From: Sphaerodactylus townsendi | Lineage: Eukaryota | Length of the DNA stretch: 64,000 bases | Reading direction: 5' to 3' | Assembly: GCF_021028975.2 (NCBI RefSeq) | Contig: NC_059427.1 | Location: 16,554,001-16,618,000 of the forward strand | Shown: positions 63,066 to 64,000 of the stretch, one piece after another | Layout: every line of letters begins with the position of its first letter | Position numbering within the stretch: the stretch's first letter is position 1 | The notes under the pieces: model-generated | The model's input: the letters and a program-made list of their open reading frames with translations, nothing else | What the model was told of the DNA's origin: nothing | Database searches by the model: none | Translations under genes and position numbers: made by a program

Positions 63066-64000
63066 TCAAGTGATTTCAAAATTCATTTCTAGATGGTCAG
63101 TAGTATCTCTTAACAAATAATGAATAATGAATAAATGAATAAATAAATTACAACAATGATTTCTAACTCGCCTTTTCAAATTACTTTCTCAAAGCAACTT
63201 TCATCAAAGTAAATAACCTATGTGATCTCTCAAATGATATCAGTAACCTGCAAAATAAATCAAAATATTATTATGTAAATCAGATAACCCCACACTAATA
63301 AAGGCATGGGTAAATTATAAACATGGTAAGGAACCAGAACTAAAGGAATTTACTAAGAGCAGCTTGACTAGAAGAAGAATTATATATACTAACACTGATG
63401 GGGCCAGGTAAATCTCTCAGGGAAAGGGTGGTTTAGTCACATAATACTACCAAAGGAAATAGCACCAGACTATAATAGGAGCTCAGATGAATTATTGCCA
63501 TAGTAAGGAACCCAAGTAAGCAGACCTTGCTGGGACAAACTCAATCAGATGAAGGTATCTGAGATACTATCACTCCAGACACCTGGTCTAGCTCTACCTT
63601 GCTCTAGACACCTTGCTTACCATGCAGGGGCAGGGCGGGCAGAACCAGAGAAGAGTATCCTATTCTTACTTGTGACATGATTATTTGACTACTAAACGCA
63701 TTCCCAATGTGTTTCACGGATGAGCAAGTATTTGTACTTTGATGTGCTAATCATATATAATAAAGAGTACACATGGGCCCATGTTTTCAATAGATCCTCC
63801 CATTTGTCCTCCCATTTGAAAGCAAAGTGGAGAGGAGGCTCTGTTGTTTACAGGAAATGTGTTCCACCCATGCTCTGGCAAAACTGGCAACATACAGCTT
63901 CCATGCACAGCTCCCATTTCAGGGGTACAGGCTTTTAGTGGAAAATAATTTAAAGTAATTTATGGGTAAAGCAGTGAGAGGGAAAGGACATTTCCATCCA

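Larger units (their letters stand above)
53028..63117 (+). repeat. OR tandem segmental duplication unit B (contains an extra partial copy at 54355-55335)
   Basis: See unit A; 54355-55335 duplicates 49265-51120 / 60060-61590. Confidence 0.88.

Overview
Eukaryotic vertebrate DNA, almost certainly squamate and most likely a gecko (inferred from Sauria SINE, Squam3-type SINEs, a 5S-derived SINE, Penelope ends and SPIN-type MITEs). There are no prokaryotic systems and no CRISPR arrays. About half of the window is transposon-derived. Genes read directly from the sequence: (1) a complete four-coding-exon POLR1H/ZNRD1 (RNA Pol I subunit RPA12, 121 aa, minus strand, 25058-30424); (2) a cluster of family-2-like olfactory receptor (OR) genes: a 3' pseudogene fragment (34.6 kb), an intact minus-strand OR (38206-39156), an OR split by a solo LTR (51687-52975) and an OR whose open frame hides a scrambled TM3-TM4 segment (62103-63065). 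The last two lie in a ~10 kb tandem duplication. POLR1H beside this OR type suggests the extended MHC class I region. The most unusual signal is a series of decayed ubiquitin-like domain fragments, all on the minus strand at 18.4-20.9 kb and 24.6-24.85 kb downstream of POLR1H. They are invisible in the ORF track and may be a lost multi-UBL (UBD/FAT10- or ISG15-like) gene; this rests on alignment by eye and needs an HMM test. Also present: the 5' end of a class II-like ERV with a tRNA-Phe PBS and a related solo LTR, Penelope-borne hammerhead ribozyme motifs, and stacked or nested hAT insertions. I cannot claim a confirmed new biological system.
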